Assembly: GCA_002712045.1 (NCBI GenBank)
Contig: PARX01000056.1
Coordinates: 1 to 39,573 of the forward strand
From: Paracoccaceae bacterium
GTDB taxonomy: Bacteria > Pseudomonadota > Alphaproteobacteria > Rhodobacterales > Rhodobacteraceae
Direction: 5' to 3'
DNA length: 39,573 bases
The position numbers and the translations under genes are program-made. The notes under the pieces were generated by a model. The model was given only the letters and a program-made list of their open reading frames with translations. It was not told where the DNA came from and did no database searches. Shown here in pieces: positions 1 to 9,845 of this stretch (position 1 is the first letter of the stretch; each line of letters opens with the position of its first letter).

Positions 1-1
1 A

Positions 2-1015
2 ACATTAAAAACAAAAATTGAATCCGTGCTCTCTTCAGGGTTTTTAGATTCACCGCTATTAAAAAATAATATCAAAGTATCTAGTGGAAATTTTATAACT
101 GCTCGACCTATAGGGGTTATTGATGGCACTGATATGGAGTTTACTGGCCAAATCAGAAAAATTGATTCTGAAGCAATATTTAACAAATTAACTAATAAAG
201 AAATTGTTGTTATTTCGCCGCTTGGATATTCACCAATTGGAGATGTATTTAATTTATCTTACGAACAAACGGCAGCTCATATTGCTCAATCAGTTAAAGC
301 TGAAAAATTAATTTATTATGTAAATTCAAGTGGTATCTTAAATATACATGGAGAATTAATTCCAGAATTAACATTTAACAAAGCTAAGCGATTAATTGAA
401 CATATTGAGAATCCCAAAAATGCCCCCTTTATTTCCTATAATGATTTTAATATCCTCAAAAGTAGCTTGTATGCAATTAATAATAAAATTGAGAAAGTAC
501 ACTTAATAAATAGAAATATCGATGGATCCATAATTGAGGAAATTTTTACAGACAAAGGTTCAGGAACAATTCTTACGGAATATTCTCTCGAGAATATAAG
601 AAGTGCCAGAGAAGTAGATATAAATCAAATTAGAAATATTATTAGTCCATTAGAAAAAAAAGGGATACTTGCTGATAGAGTGCACAAGGATATAAGTTCA
701 TTTTATGTCATTGAGCACGACCATAATATAATTGGAACTGTTGCGCTATACCAATATTCTAATTTACTTGAAGTGGCATGCTTTGCAATTCATGATAAAT
801 ATCAAAATCTTGGTTACGGAAAAAAGTTACTGAAATTTTGTGAGAAAAAAGCTTTAGAATTAAATATAAAAGAATTATTTATTCTAACTACGCAATCTGA
901 ACATTGGTTTATTGAAAATAATTTTAAGTTAACAGATAAAAAATTTATGCCTAATGCAAGAAAAAAAATCTATGCCGCTGAACGAAACTCAAAATACTTT
1001 ACCAAAGGGCTATAA
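2..1015 (+). CDS. argA: Amino-acid N-acetyltransferase (N-acetylglutamate synthase), 5' partial
   Basis: Frame is open from base 2. AAK-like domain (SGNFITARPIGVIDG, SPLGYSPIGDVFNL) followed by a GNAT domain ending in RNSK; lies upstream of argB. Confidence 0.93.
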   Translation, partial: TLKTKIESVLSSGFLDSPLLKNNIKVSSGNFITARPIGVIDGTDMEFTGQIRKIDSEAIFNKLTNKEIVVISPLGYSPIGDVFNLSYEQTAAHIAQSVKAEKLIYYVNSSGILNIHGELIPELTFNKAKRLIEHIENPKNAPFISYNDFNILKSSLYAINNKIEKVHLINRNIDGSIIEEIFTDKGSGTILTEYSLENIRSAREVDINQIRNIISPLEKKGILADRVHKDISSFYVIEHDHNIIGTVALYQYSNLLEVACFAIHDKYQNLGYGKKLLKFCEKKALELNIKELFILTTQSEHWFIENNFKLTDKKFMPNARKKIYAAERNSKYFTKGL

Positions 1016-1018
1016 AAA

Positions 1019-1876
1019 ATGACTCCAAATGAAAAATCAAAAGTACTAAGTGAAGCATTACCATACATAAAAGAATTTTTTGGGAAAACAATAATTATTA
1101 AATTTGGAGGTAATGCAATGATTGATAAGCGTTTAAAACAATCATTTGCTAAAGATCTAGTGTTGTTAAAATTAGTTGGAATGAATCCAGTTGTCATTCA
1201 TGGTGGTGGACCCCAAATTAACGAATCATTAGCCAAATCAGGTGAAAAACCTATTTTTCAAGAAGGTATTAGAGTTACAAATAAAAAAACATTAGAAATA
1301 GTTATTAATGTCTTAAATGAAGTCAATCAACAAATTATAGATCTTGTAAGAGACAATGGAGGAGATGCTAAAAGCTATAGAAATGAGAAAACTTTAAGCA
1401 TTATTCAAGCTAAAAAATTAGAAGCTAAAGAAAAATCTAACGATCTTGGTTATGTTGGAGAAATAATAGGTATTGATTCATCATTTATGAAACATCTAAA
1501 AGAAGATGGAATAATACCAATTATTGCACCGATAGGAATAGATGGTAATAACAAAACTTACAATATCAACGCTGATGTTGTAGCTTCAAAATTTGCAGAA
1601 ATTTTAACTGCTGAAAAATTAGTACTGATGACAAATACAACAGGTGTTTTAGATAAAAATAAAAAACTAATAACGGGATTAGTTCCAAATGAAATTGAAA
1701 AGCTTATAAGTGATGGGACTATCTCAGATGGTATGCTCCCTAAAATTAATTCTGCTGTTCATGCTGCTAAACATAAAGTAAACTCTGTTCATATTATCGA
1801 TGGGAGAGTTGAACATGCATTATTGCTAGAAATCTTAACTGATCAAGGTGTTGGAACACTTATTAAGGACGAGTAA
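1019..1876 (+). CDS. argB: Acetylglutamate kinase
   Basis: EALPYI, IKFGGNAM, HGGGPQI, NINAD, GMLPK and IIDGRVEHALLLEILTDQGVGT motifs. Confidence 0.97.
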   Translation: MTPNEKSKVLSEALPYIKEFFGKTIIIKFGGNAMIDKRLKQSFAKDLVLLKLVGMNPVVIHGGGPQINESLAKSGEKPIFQEGIRVTNKKTLEIVINVLNEVNQQIIDLVRDNGGDAKSYRNEKTLSIIQAKKLEAKEKSNDLGYVGEIIGIDSSFMKHLKEDGIIPIIAPIGIDGNNKTYNINADVVASKFAEILTAEKLVLMTNTTGVLDKNKKLITGLVPNEIEKLISDGTISDGMLPKINSAVHAAKHKVNSVHIIDGRVEHALLLEILTDQGVGTLIKDE

Positions 1877-1877
1877 T

Positions 1878-2495
1878 TTGGAACATACATGGATATTTGA
1901 TCTTGATAATACATTACATAATGCAGAACAAAAAATATTTCCCGTAATTAATCAAAAAATCAATCATTATATTAGTAAGGAATTAAAAATTAATCTTGAT
2001 GATGCTGATCAATTAAGACAAAAATATTGGGATCAATATGGAGCTACTTTAGAGGGCCTAATTAAATATCACAAAATAAATCCAAATAAATTTTTAGAAG
2101 AAACGCATAAAGTTGATAATCTTGAGGAACTAGTTGTACCTATGCCAAACTTAAAAAATACATTAGATTCAATAAAAGCTCCAAAAATTCTTTATACAAA
2201 TGCCCCTAATAATTATACTAAAACGATACTTAAAAAATGTGATATTGAAGATTACTTTGATAGTATCTTTAGTATAGAAGATGCAAATTTTAAACCAAAG
2301 CCAAGCAAAATTTCAATGGAGCTTTTTCTCAATAAATATAAAATTAAAAAAGCTTATTTTGTTGATGATATAAAAGAAAATCTTGAAACAGCTCATAAAT
2401 TTGGATTATTTACAATATGGCTTTCTAATCATAAAGAAGATCCAAAATTTATTGATAAAAAAATTTCTCAATTAAGTGATTTAATTACTGACTAA
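1878..2495 (+). CDS. HAD-family hydrolase, pyrimidine 5'-nucleotidase-like
   Basis: WIFDLDNTL, YGATLEGL, TNAP, KP and FVDD HAD motifs. TTG at 1878, just after the argB stop and downstream of AAGGA, is the likely start (ORF track starts at 1848). Confidence 0.88.
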   Translation: MEHTWIFDLDNTLHNAEQKIFPVINQKINHYISKELKINLDDADQLRQKYWDQYGATLEGLIKYHKINPNKFLEETHKVDNLEELVVPMPNLKNTLDSIKAPKILYTNAPNNYTKTILKKCDIEDYFDSIFSIEDANFKPKPSKISMELFLNKYKIKKAYFVDDIKENLETAHKFGLFTIWLSNHKEDPKFIDKKISQLSDLITD

Positions 2496-3668
2496 TTTTT
2501 TAAGAATAGCGAGTCTTTCTTGGTAAATTAACTCTTTAATTTTTTCCACAGATTTTAATGGGTCTGTTGTACTTCTTATTAGGCTTAATTCTTTCTTGAA
2601 CGATAAAATTAAATTCTTCACTAATTCAATCTTTTTAATTACATTCTTCTTATATGCTAAATTTTCTTCACGCTCTATTGAATGGCTTGATGGGATTGGT
2701 TTGGAGCGTGCTAATATCAAGAAGATGAGCATATCTAAAATTTCCATAGTAATATCAGGACGTCTAAAAAAATCTAATCGATATAAGCAATCTAATTTAT
2801 TTTCTAAAGAAAGAGATAAAAAATTTTCAAGATTTATAGCTTCAGACTTAATACTTTTAAAAAGATTTTTGGCATTTCTTGATAATCTAAAAAAATCTAA
2901 ATAATATTCGTTGTTACTTTCTATTTCTATATCTAAAAGTGAAGGAAGAACCAAAATCATTAAAAATTTAGATTCAGCCTTAATGGAATTAGAGGTATTT
3001 CTAAGGGCTTTTAACAAAGCATGAAAAGGAATACTTGAATAATTAAATTCTGGAAAAATTTCTTTTAAAACACCGCTGGTTTCAAAAGATAAAAACATTT
3101 TATCGGAATGTTTTTCTTCTAAGCCTTTTAATATCTCAGAATAGATTCTTTCAACTGATAAGGACTTAATTTCACCACTGGATACTATTTTTTTTATTAA
3201 CTTTTCAGTGTCTTGGTGAATTTCAAAATCTTTAAATCTTGCATAAAATCTCGCTACTCGAAAAACCCTTAATGGATCTTCACAAAAAGCGTTACTTACG
3301 TGTTTAATTATTTTATTTTTAATGTCATTTACGCCATTAAAAGGATCATAAATTTTTCCATCTTCATCCTCAGCTATTGCATTTATGGTGATATCCCTTC
3401 TTTTTAAGTCTTCTTCCAGGGTAACGGCGGGAGAAGTGAAAAATTTAAAACCGTGGTAACCTTTACCTACTTTTTTTTCTGTTCTTGCAAGAGCATATTC
3501 TTCATTAGTTTTAGGATGTAAGAAAACTGGAAAGTCTTTTCCAATTGGCTTGAAACCTAACTTAATCATTTCTTCAGGGGTACTTCCAACGACAACATAA
3601 TCTCTATCTTTGCTAGAGATACCCATAAGTTTGTCGCGCACTGCCCCTCCTACAAGATAAATATTCAT
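2481..3668 (-). CDS. cca: CCA-adding tRNA nucleotidyltransferase
   Basis: YLVGGAVRD, DRDYVV, GKDFPVFLHP, EYALARTE, RRDITINAIA and EDPLRVFRVARF motifs. Confidence 0.95.
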   Translation of the reverse strand: MNIYLVGGAVRDKLMGISSKDRDYVVVGSTPEEMIKLGFKPIGKDFPVFLHPKTNEEYALARTEKKVGKGYHGFKFFTSPAVTLEEDLKRRDITINAIAEDEDGKIYDPFNGVNDIKNKIIKHVSNAFCEDPLRVFRVARFYARFKDFEIHQDTEKLIKKIVSSGEIKSLSVERIYSEILKGLEEKHSDKMFLSFETSGVLKEIFPEFNYSSIPFHALLKALRNTSNSIKAESKFLMILVLPSLLDIEIESNNEYYLDFFRLSRNAKNLFKSIKSEAINLENFLSLSLENKLDCLYRLDFFRRPDITMEILDMLIFLILARSKPIPSSHSIEREENLAYKKNVIKKIELVKNLILSFKKELSLIRSTTDPLKSVEKIKELIYQERLAILKKLVSN

Positions 3669-4558
3669 AGTTTTTTATAGTTATTTAAATATGTAGTCAA
3701 TTCTTTAAGAGAAGATTTAAAATGGTATGAATGGTTTACTTTAACAGTATTGCTAATTTCCATAGATTTCAAATTATCTGTAGTTATTAGTTTAACTGGT
3801 GATAATTGTAGTAAGCTAACAAATAAATAAGACATAGTTTTATTTAGTCCAATAACAATATTTTTCTTTTTATCACAAATAGATATTAGTTTAATAATTT
3901 CTAAAAATGTTAATTTTTTTGGACCTCCAAGATTAAACACTTTTTTATATGTTTTATTATTTTCAATACTCTTAGTAATTATATCCACTAAATCTTCAAC
4001 ATAGATTGGTTGAAACTCAGCTTTAGGAGAAACTAAAAATATTATTGGTAAAAATTTAATCATTTTTTTAAATAAATTTATAAATTTATCTTGCGGTCCA
4101 AATACAATAGATGGTCTAAATATGGTCCAATTAAAGCTCTTAAAATCTTTTTTTATTAAAATCTCTGTTTTGTATTTAGAATTTAAATATTTACTTTCAG
4201 ATGTTTTATTTGCACCTATTGCACTTAAATGAATTAATCTTTTTATATTTTTTTTTAAAGCATACTTTATTAAACTTGATACAAAATTTTCATGTGCCAT
4301 TGAAAATTTTAAATTTCTACTCTCATGGAGAATACCAACTAAGTTAATTATTATATTTGATCCCTCAAGATCATCTGAAAAATCTTTTTTTGGCGAGTAT
4401 TCAATTACTTTAACCCTTGGATAAAACTTCGAGTAATTTATTTTATTTTTTTTTCTTGTAAAAATTCTAATTTCAAAAGGTTTTTTTACTAATTCTTTAA
4501 CTAATTCGGTTCCAATAAATCCAGCACCGCCAAATATTGAAATAACCTTCGTTACCAT
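3665..4558 (-). CDS. NAD(P)-dependent SDR, complex I NDUFA9-like family
   Basis: FGGAGFIG, INLVGILHE, HLSAIGA, YxxxK, RPSIVFG and FQPIYVED motifs. Confidence 0.88.
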   Translation of the reverse strand: MVTKVISIFGGAGFIGTELVKELVKKPFEIRIFTRKKNKINYSKFYPRVKVIEYSPKKDFSDDLEGSNIIINLVGILHESRNLKFSMAHENFVSSLIKYALKKNIKRLIHLSAIGANKTSESKYLNSKYKTEILIKKDFKSFNWTIFRPSIVFGPQDKFINLFKKMIKFLPIIFLVSPKAEFQPIYVEDLVDIITKSIENNKTYKKVFNLGGPKKLTFLEIIKLISICDKKKNIVIGLNKTMSYLFVSLLQLSPVKLITTDNLKSMEISNTVKVNHSYHFKSSLKELTTYLNNYKKL

Positions 4559-4737
4559 ATATGTAAATAGCGTAAAGTAAAATAGACTATTGCAATTAAT
4601 AAAATGATTGAAATTAAATAATTAATTGCTGTTTTTGCTAAATATAAATATTTTTTATTTTTGGTGAAAAAATAACAAGCTGTCACAACAGAAAAAAATA
4701 TAACCAGCAAGAAAATACTTAATTTAATAAATATCAT
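4552..4737 (-). CDS. Small two-TM membrane protein (hypothetical)
   Basis: 61 aa with two hydrophobic helices separated by a basic loop. Overlaps the lpxC stop (ATGA) and the next gene's start, suggesting translational coupling. Confidence 0.7.
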   Translation of the reverse strand: MIFIKLSIFLLVIFFSVVTACYFFTKNKKYLYLAKTAINYLISIILLIAIVYFTLRYLHIW

Positions 4738-5684
4738 TGTATTTTTTCTAAATAATTCTTCCTAAAATTATTTTTTTCTTTTATATAATTAGTTGCTAAA
4801 GAAGCTTTTTCTTTATCCTCAAGATCTAATAACTCTATTGCCCATTTTGTCTTATTTTCAAGCATTAATCTAAGCAATTTATTATTAAGCTCATGGCCTG
4901 ATTTATATGCTGTAAATTTTCCAATAATTGGCATTCCAATCATATATAAATCTCCAATTGCATCTAGAATTTTATGGCGAACAAATTCATCTGAATACCT
5001 TAAACCTTCTTCATTTAAGATTTTATATTCATCCAAAACAATAGCATCATCTAAAGAACCTCCTCTAGCTAATCCATTAGCTCGAAGATATTCAACTTCT
5101 TGCATAAATCCAAATGTTCTTGCCCTACTAATAAAATTAACATAAGAATCTTTAAAAAAATCTATTTCAACTCTATTATTTTCTTCTTTAAAAGCTGGAT
5201 GCGGAAAATCAATTGTAAAATCGACTAAAAATCCATTATAAGGTTCGAATTTAGCATATTTATCTTCTTCTTGAACTTTTATTTCTTCTTTAATAACAGC
5301 AAATCTTTTTGGTTTTAATTGCTCATAAATTACTGCAGAATTTATTAAATAAACAAATGGGATAGAGCTTCCATCCATAATAGGTATTTCAGAACCGTCA
5401 ACTTCAATTAATATATTATCAATGCCAGAAGCAGAAAGGGCTGACATTAGATGTTCAATAGTTGAAATTTTTGTTTTTCCCTTACCAATTGTAGATGATA
5501 ATCGAGTTTCTTTTATGGCTTTTGGTTCTACCTGAATCTCTATTGGTAAATCAAGATCAGTTCTTTTAAATATTATCCCACTATCTTCTTTAGCGGGCTT
5601 TAATGTTATTCGAGTCTTTTTCCCTGAATGAAGGCCTACCCCTACTGCACTGACTTCGTTTTTAATTGATCTTTGAAAAATCAT
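4734..5684 (-). CDS. lpxC: UDP-3-O-acyl-GlcNAc deacetylase
   Basis: GVGLHSG, TIEHLMSAL, PIMDGS, RARTFGF, HKILDAIGDL and KSGH motifs. Confidence 0.97.
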   Translation of the reverse strand: MIFQRSIKNEVSAVGVGLHSGKKTRITLKPAKEDSGIIFKRTDLDLPIEIQVEPKAIKETRLSSTIGKGKTKISTIEHLMSALSASGIDNILIEVDGSEIPIMDGSSIPFVYLINSAVIYEQLKPKRFAVIKEEIKVQEEDKYAKFEPYNGFLVDFTIDFPHPAFKEENNRVEIDFFKDSYVNFISRARTFGFMQEVEYLRANGLARGGSLDDAIVLDEYKILNEEGLRYSDEFVRHKILDAIGDLYMIGMPIIGKFTAYKSGHELNNKLLRLMLENKTKWAIELLDLEDKEKASLATNYIKEKNNFRKNYLEKIQ

Positions 5685-6908
5685 CTAATTTTTTCTTCTC
5701 ATAAATGAAGGAATATCATACTCTTCCTCAGTTGACATTCTCAGTTTATCAAGATCATCACCTTCAGGTGAATTATTTCCAAACACATTAGGGCTTTCTT
5801 TCTTATTTTCTTCAATATTTTCATGATCCTCTAAGTTTATTTTTTCATTTTCATTTTCATTTTCATTTTCATCAGCGTCATAAACAAATTCTCTCATAAC
5901 ATCATTATTATTTTGACTTGAATCTTTAGCTAAATTTAATTTTTCTTCTTCTTTTAAGTAGGACAAACCTGTAGCAACCATAGTAACTCTTATATCGTTA
6001 CCCATTGAATCATCTATTACATTTCCAACAATTACATGAGCATTCTCTGCAGCATATTGTTTAATTGTATTCATAACTTCAAAATATTCCTTCATTTTAA
6101 AATCACTACTTGCAGAAATATTTACTAACATTCATTTCGCATTATTGAGATTAACATCTTCTAATAATGGACATGCAACTACTTGTTTTGTAGCATTTGA
6201 TGCCCTGTCTGAACCTTCTGCTGTTCCTGAGCCAATCATTGCCATACCCATTTCACTCATAACAGTTTTAACATCAGCAAAATCTACATTAATCAATCCT
6301 GGATTATTGATAATTTCAACAATACCTGAAACTGCACTGTACAAAACATCATTTGCAGCTCCGAATGCATCTACAAAAGTTACATCAGGGCCAAGGACGC
6401 CCATTAATTTTTCATTTGGTATAGTAATAAGTGAGTCAACATGATTTACAAGTTCATCAATTCCATCATTTGCAATTTGAACCCTTCTTCCTTCAAAATT
6501 AAATGGTTTTGTAACAACAGCTACAGTTAAAATACCTAACTCTTTAGCAATTTGTGCTATTACAGGAGTAGCTCCAGTACCTGTACCACCTCCCATTCCA
6601 GCAGCAAGAAAAAGCATATCAGCCCCTTCAAGAGATTCAATTATCTTATCTTTATCGTCTAATGCAGCTTGTTTACCTTTATCTGGTCTTGCTCCAGCAC
6701 CAAGTCCTTGAGTTAAAATTTCTCCGATTTGTACAATTGTGCTTGCTTGACTTTTTTTTAATGATTGTAAATCAGTATTTGCGCATATAAATTCAACTCC
6801 CATTACATTCTTTTTAATCATGTAATCAACAGCATTGCCTCCGCAACCACCAACACCCATAACTTTAATAATGGCTTTTTGCTTTTTACCTTCTATGACT
6901 TCAAACAT
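5685..6908 (-). CDS. ftsZ: Cell division protein FtsZ, interrupted by in-frame TGA at 6132-6134
   Basis: [44 protein letters not shown] and C-terminal DIPSFMRR. ORFs 6132..6920 and 5685..6131 are in the same frame. Start probably ATG at 6908 (MFEV). Confidence 0.96.
5842..5871. repeat. Hexanucleotide tandem repeat (TTTTCA)x5 encoding ENENENENE in the FtsZ linker
   Basis: Five perfect units read directly from the sequence. Confidence 0.9.
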
Positions 6909-6926
6909 AATCAATCTCACATCGCA

Positions 6927-8189
6927 TTAAAAGTTTCCTTTGAACCAATTTTTTGCTCTTTTTAAAATTTCACTCACTGAATTTCCAGTACCTGATTTGT
7001 ATTCACTCTTTTCTACATCACTTTTACCCATAATTAATAAACCTACTCCAGTTGCATATCTTGGGTTCTCTACAACCTGTAAAAGTCCATCAATATTTCT
7101 TGGTATACCAATTCTAACAGGCATATTAAATATTTTCTCCCCTAACTCAACCATACCTTTTAACATAGAAGATCCCCCAGTAATTACAATCCCTGAAGCA
7201 ATTGTACTTCCCATTCGACTTCTATTAATTTCATTTTGTACTTTTTCAAAAAGCTCCTCTATTCTTGGCTCTATAACTTGAGCCAAAGCCTGAGTTGTTA
7301 TTCTTTTAGGTGCTTGACCATGAACAAGAGGTATCTCAATAATTTCATTAGTAGATGACAAACTTGGCATAGCAGACTCATATGTTTCTTTAATATCTGA
7401 TGCAGATTGGGTTGGAGTTTGAAAGGCAATTGCAATATCATTGGTTATTTGATCACCAGCAACAGGAATTACAGAAGTATGTTGAAATGCTCCATTTTTA
7501 ATTACAGCAATATCAGTGGTTCCTCCTCCAATATCAATTAGACACACACCTAATTCTTTTTCATCTTGAGTTAAAACAGCTTCACTTGAAGCTAAAGGCT
7601 GAAAAACCAAATCAATAACCTCCAAGCCACATCTTCTTATACATTTAATAATATTCTGACGTGCAGCAATTGAACCAGAGATCATATGAACTTTAACATT
7701 AAGTTTCATTCCGCTCATCTCTAATGGCTCTTTAATATCTTGTTGATCATCAATGATATATTCTTGAGGTAGTGTATGTAGAACTTCTTGATCAGTTGGT
7801 AGATTAATTGCTTCAGCTGTTTCTCTAACTCGATCGATATCCATTTGCGTTACTTCTTCATCTTTAATTTTTACCATACCATGAGAATTCAAACTTTTAA
7901 TATGACTTCCTGCAATTCCAGTATATACCTCGGTTATTTTACAATCTGCCATTAATTCTGCTTCTTCAACAGCTCTCTGTATTGCCTGCATTGTGTTATC
8001 AATATTAACAACAACACCTTTTTTTAGGCCTTTTGATACATGTTGGCCCTTACCAATAATTTTTAAAACACCATCAGATTGTAACTCAGCAACAATTACA
8101 ACTACCTTTGATGTTCCTATATCAAGAGCAGAAATTCTTGTATTTTGGTCTTTTTTACTTTTCATTATTGGTGGAATAACGTTATTCAT
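6927..8189 (-). CDS. ftsA: Cell division protein FtsA
   Basis: LDIGTSK, GLKKGVVVNID, EAELMA, DIGGGTTD, GIVITGG and YATGVGL motifs. Confidence 0.97.
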   Translation of the reverse strand: MNNVIPPIMKSKKDQNTRISALDIGTSKVVVIVAELQSDGVLKIIGKGQHVSKGLKKGVVVNIDNTMQAIQRAVEEAELMADCKITEVYTGIAGSHIKSLNSHGMVKIKDEEVTQMDIDRVRETAEAINLPTDQEVLHTLPQEYIIDDQQDIKEPLEMSGMKLNVKVHMISGSIAARQNIIKCIRRCGLEVIDLVFQPLASSEAVLTQDEKELGVCLIDIGGGTTDIAVIKNGAFQHTSVIPVAGDQITNDIAIAFQTPTQSASDIKETYESAMPSLSSTNEIIEIPLVHGQAPKRITTQALAQVIEPRIEELFEKVQNEINRSRMGSTIASGIVITGGSSMLKGMVELGEKIFNMPVRIGIPRNIDGLLQVVENPRYATGVGLLIMGKSDVEKSEYKSGTGNSVSEILKRAKNWFKGNF

Positions 8190-8932
8190 AATGCAGTCTT
8201 TTTTTGTTTATTTATCTTATTTAATTTTTCATTAAGTTTTTTTACTGCAAATCCATCCTTATATCTAAGATCTATATACTCGATTTGACTTTTCAATTCT
8301 GATAAAACATGATGATAATTTTCCATTAAGATATTTAATTTATTAACAATAATATTATTTTTTTCCTTGCCTAAAAAAATTCTCATATAATTGTTTGTAT
8401 AAATTTCCCATGATAATCTTTTCGATAATGAGATTGTACCAATTTGCATCGACTCTTTCTCAAGAATTTTATTTATTTGATTATATTTTACTGTCATTTC
8501 TTCAACAAACTCCTCTGGGCCAACAAATAATGGTAAATCATCTTCATATGCAGCATGAAATATTTCTCCAAAATTGTTAACAAGCCCACGATTTTTCCAT
8601 CTTGCAATTGGTTTATGTGATTCAATTTCTACCAATAAGCCAAAATTATTCCAATCTCTTCGAATACTTACGTCCCTTATCCAAGGTAATTTTTTAAAAG
8701 CTTGTCTTGTAGATTCAAGATTGATTCCAAAAAAATTCTCATTTATAAACTTGTTTTTAATCAAGTTAATTTGTCTTTTATTTATATTTTCATATTCCCC
8801 CTTTATACCTATTTGAGTTATTGGAAAATTAGAACTTGTCATTAATTGATAACTTAAAAATATTAAAGTTAAAAAAATGAATATATAAACAGTAGTTGTA
8901 ACTTTTCTTATTGTGCTTTCCTTTTTAAGCAT
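8186..8932 (-). CDS. ftsQ: Cell division protein FtsQ
   Basis: N-terminal TM helix, POTRA segment (LPWIRDVSIRR), PIARW and YIDLRYKDGFAV; position between ddl and ftsA. Confidence 0.92.
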   Translation of the reverse strand: MLKKESTIRKVTTTVYIFIFLTLIFLSYQLMTSSNFPITQIGIKGEYENINKRQINLIKNKFINENFFGINLESTRQAFKKLPWIRDVSIRRDWNNFGLLVEIESHKPIARWKNRGLVNNFGEIFHAAYEDDLPLFVGPEEFVEEMTVKYNQINKILEKESMQIGTISLSKRLSWEIYTNNYMRIFLGKEKNNIIVNKLNILMENYHHVLSELKSQIEYIDLRYKDGFAVKKLNEKLNKINKQKKTAL

Positions 8933-9845
8933 TTGATGTCTCTAAAATCATAATTACTAAATCATCAAAACTAATTCCAGAATATTTTGCAGACATTGGC
9001 ACAAGGCTATGATTTGTCATTCCAGGGACTGTATTGACTTCAATAATAAATATTTTTTCATTTTCATCAATTATAAAATCTACTCTACCACATCCTTCAC
9101 ATCCAATAGAATCAAAAGCTTTTTTACATTCTTGATTAATATTTTTAACTAATTTTTCACTAAGTTTAGCGGGGCAAATAAATTCAGTGTCATCTCTTAA
9201 ATATTTAGCCTCATAGTCATAAAAATCAGTTTTAGATCTAATCTCTATAATAGGGTATGTTTTGTTATGAATAATAGGTAAGGTGTACTCCTTTCCCTCA
9301 ATTAAAGATTCAACAATAACGATTTTATCAATTTTGGATGCTTCATTGAATGCATTTGCAAACTCTTGGTGATTATTGACTTTTGCAATACCAATACTTG
9401 AGCCTGAATTTGCTGGTTTAATAAAAAAAGGTAATTTACATATTTTTGAAGCTATTTTAAAATCTGATATATTTTTGACCTGCAAAAAATCAGGTGTGAT
9501 GATATTTTTCTTTTTCCAGACTGTTTTACATCTAAATTTGTCCATACCTACAGACGAGGAATCAATTCCACTTCCAGTATAAGGAATATTTATTTTTTCT
9601 AAAAAATTTTGTATTTTTCCATCTTCACCATCTTTTCCATGAAGACAAATAAAAGCTCTATCAAATTTTTTTAACTGTTCTAAATCATCAATTTTTGGAT
9701 CGAATCTTTCTGCAACTATTTTTTTTCTACGAAGTGCATCTAAAACTGCAATTCCACTTTCTAATGAAATATCTCTTTCATTAGAAATTCCACCCATTAA
9801 TACAGCTACTTTGCCGTATTGACTAGCTTCCAAATTTTTCTCCAA
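8925..9845 (-). CDS. ddl: D-alanine--D-alanine ligase
   Basis: GGISNERDISL, LHGKDGEDG, PYTGSG, GSSIG, FYDYEAKY and EVNTVPGMT motifs. Confidence 0.97.
   Translation of the reverse strand: MEKNLEASQYGKVAVLMGGISNERDISLESGIAVLDALRRKKIVAERFDPKIDDLEQLKKFDRAFICLHGKDGEDGKIQNFLEKINIPYTGSGIDSSSVGMDKFRCKTVWKKKNIITPDFLQVKNISDFKIASKICKLPFFIKPANSGSSIGIAKVNNHQEFANAFNEASKIDKIVIVESLIEGKEYTLPIIHNKTYPIIEIRSKTDFYDYEAKYLRDDTEFICPAKLSEKLVKNINQECKKAFDSIGCEGCGRVDFIIDENEKIFIIEVNTVPGMTNHSLVPMSAKYSGISFDDLVIMILETSNA

Noticed and set aside
6132..6134. Genetic code 25 (TGA=Gly) or code 4 reassignment
   Set aside because: TGA terminates lpxC, ftsQ, mraZ and the BON gene at expected positions, only one internal TGA occurs in about 37 kb of coding sequence, and the other internal stops are TAA.
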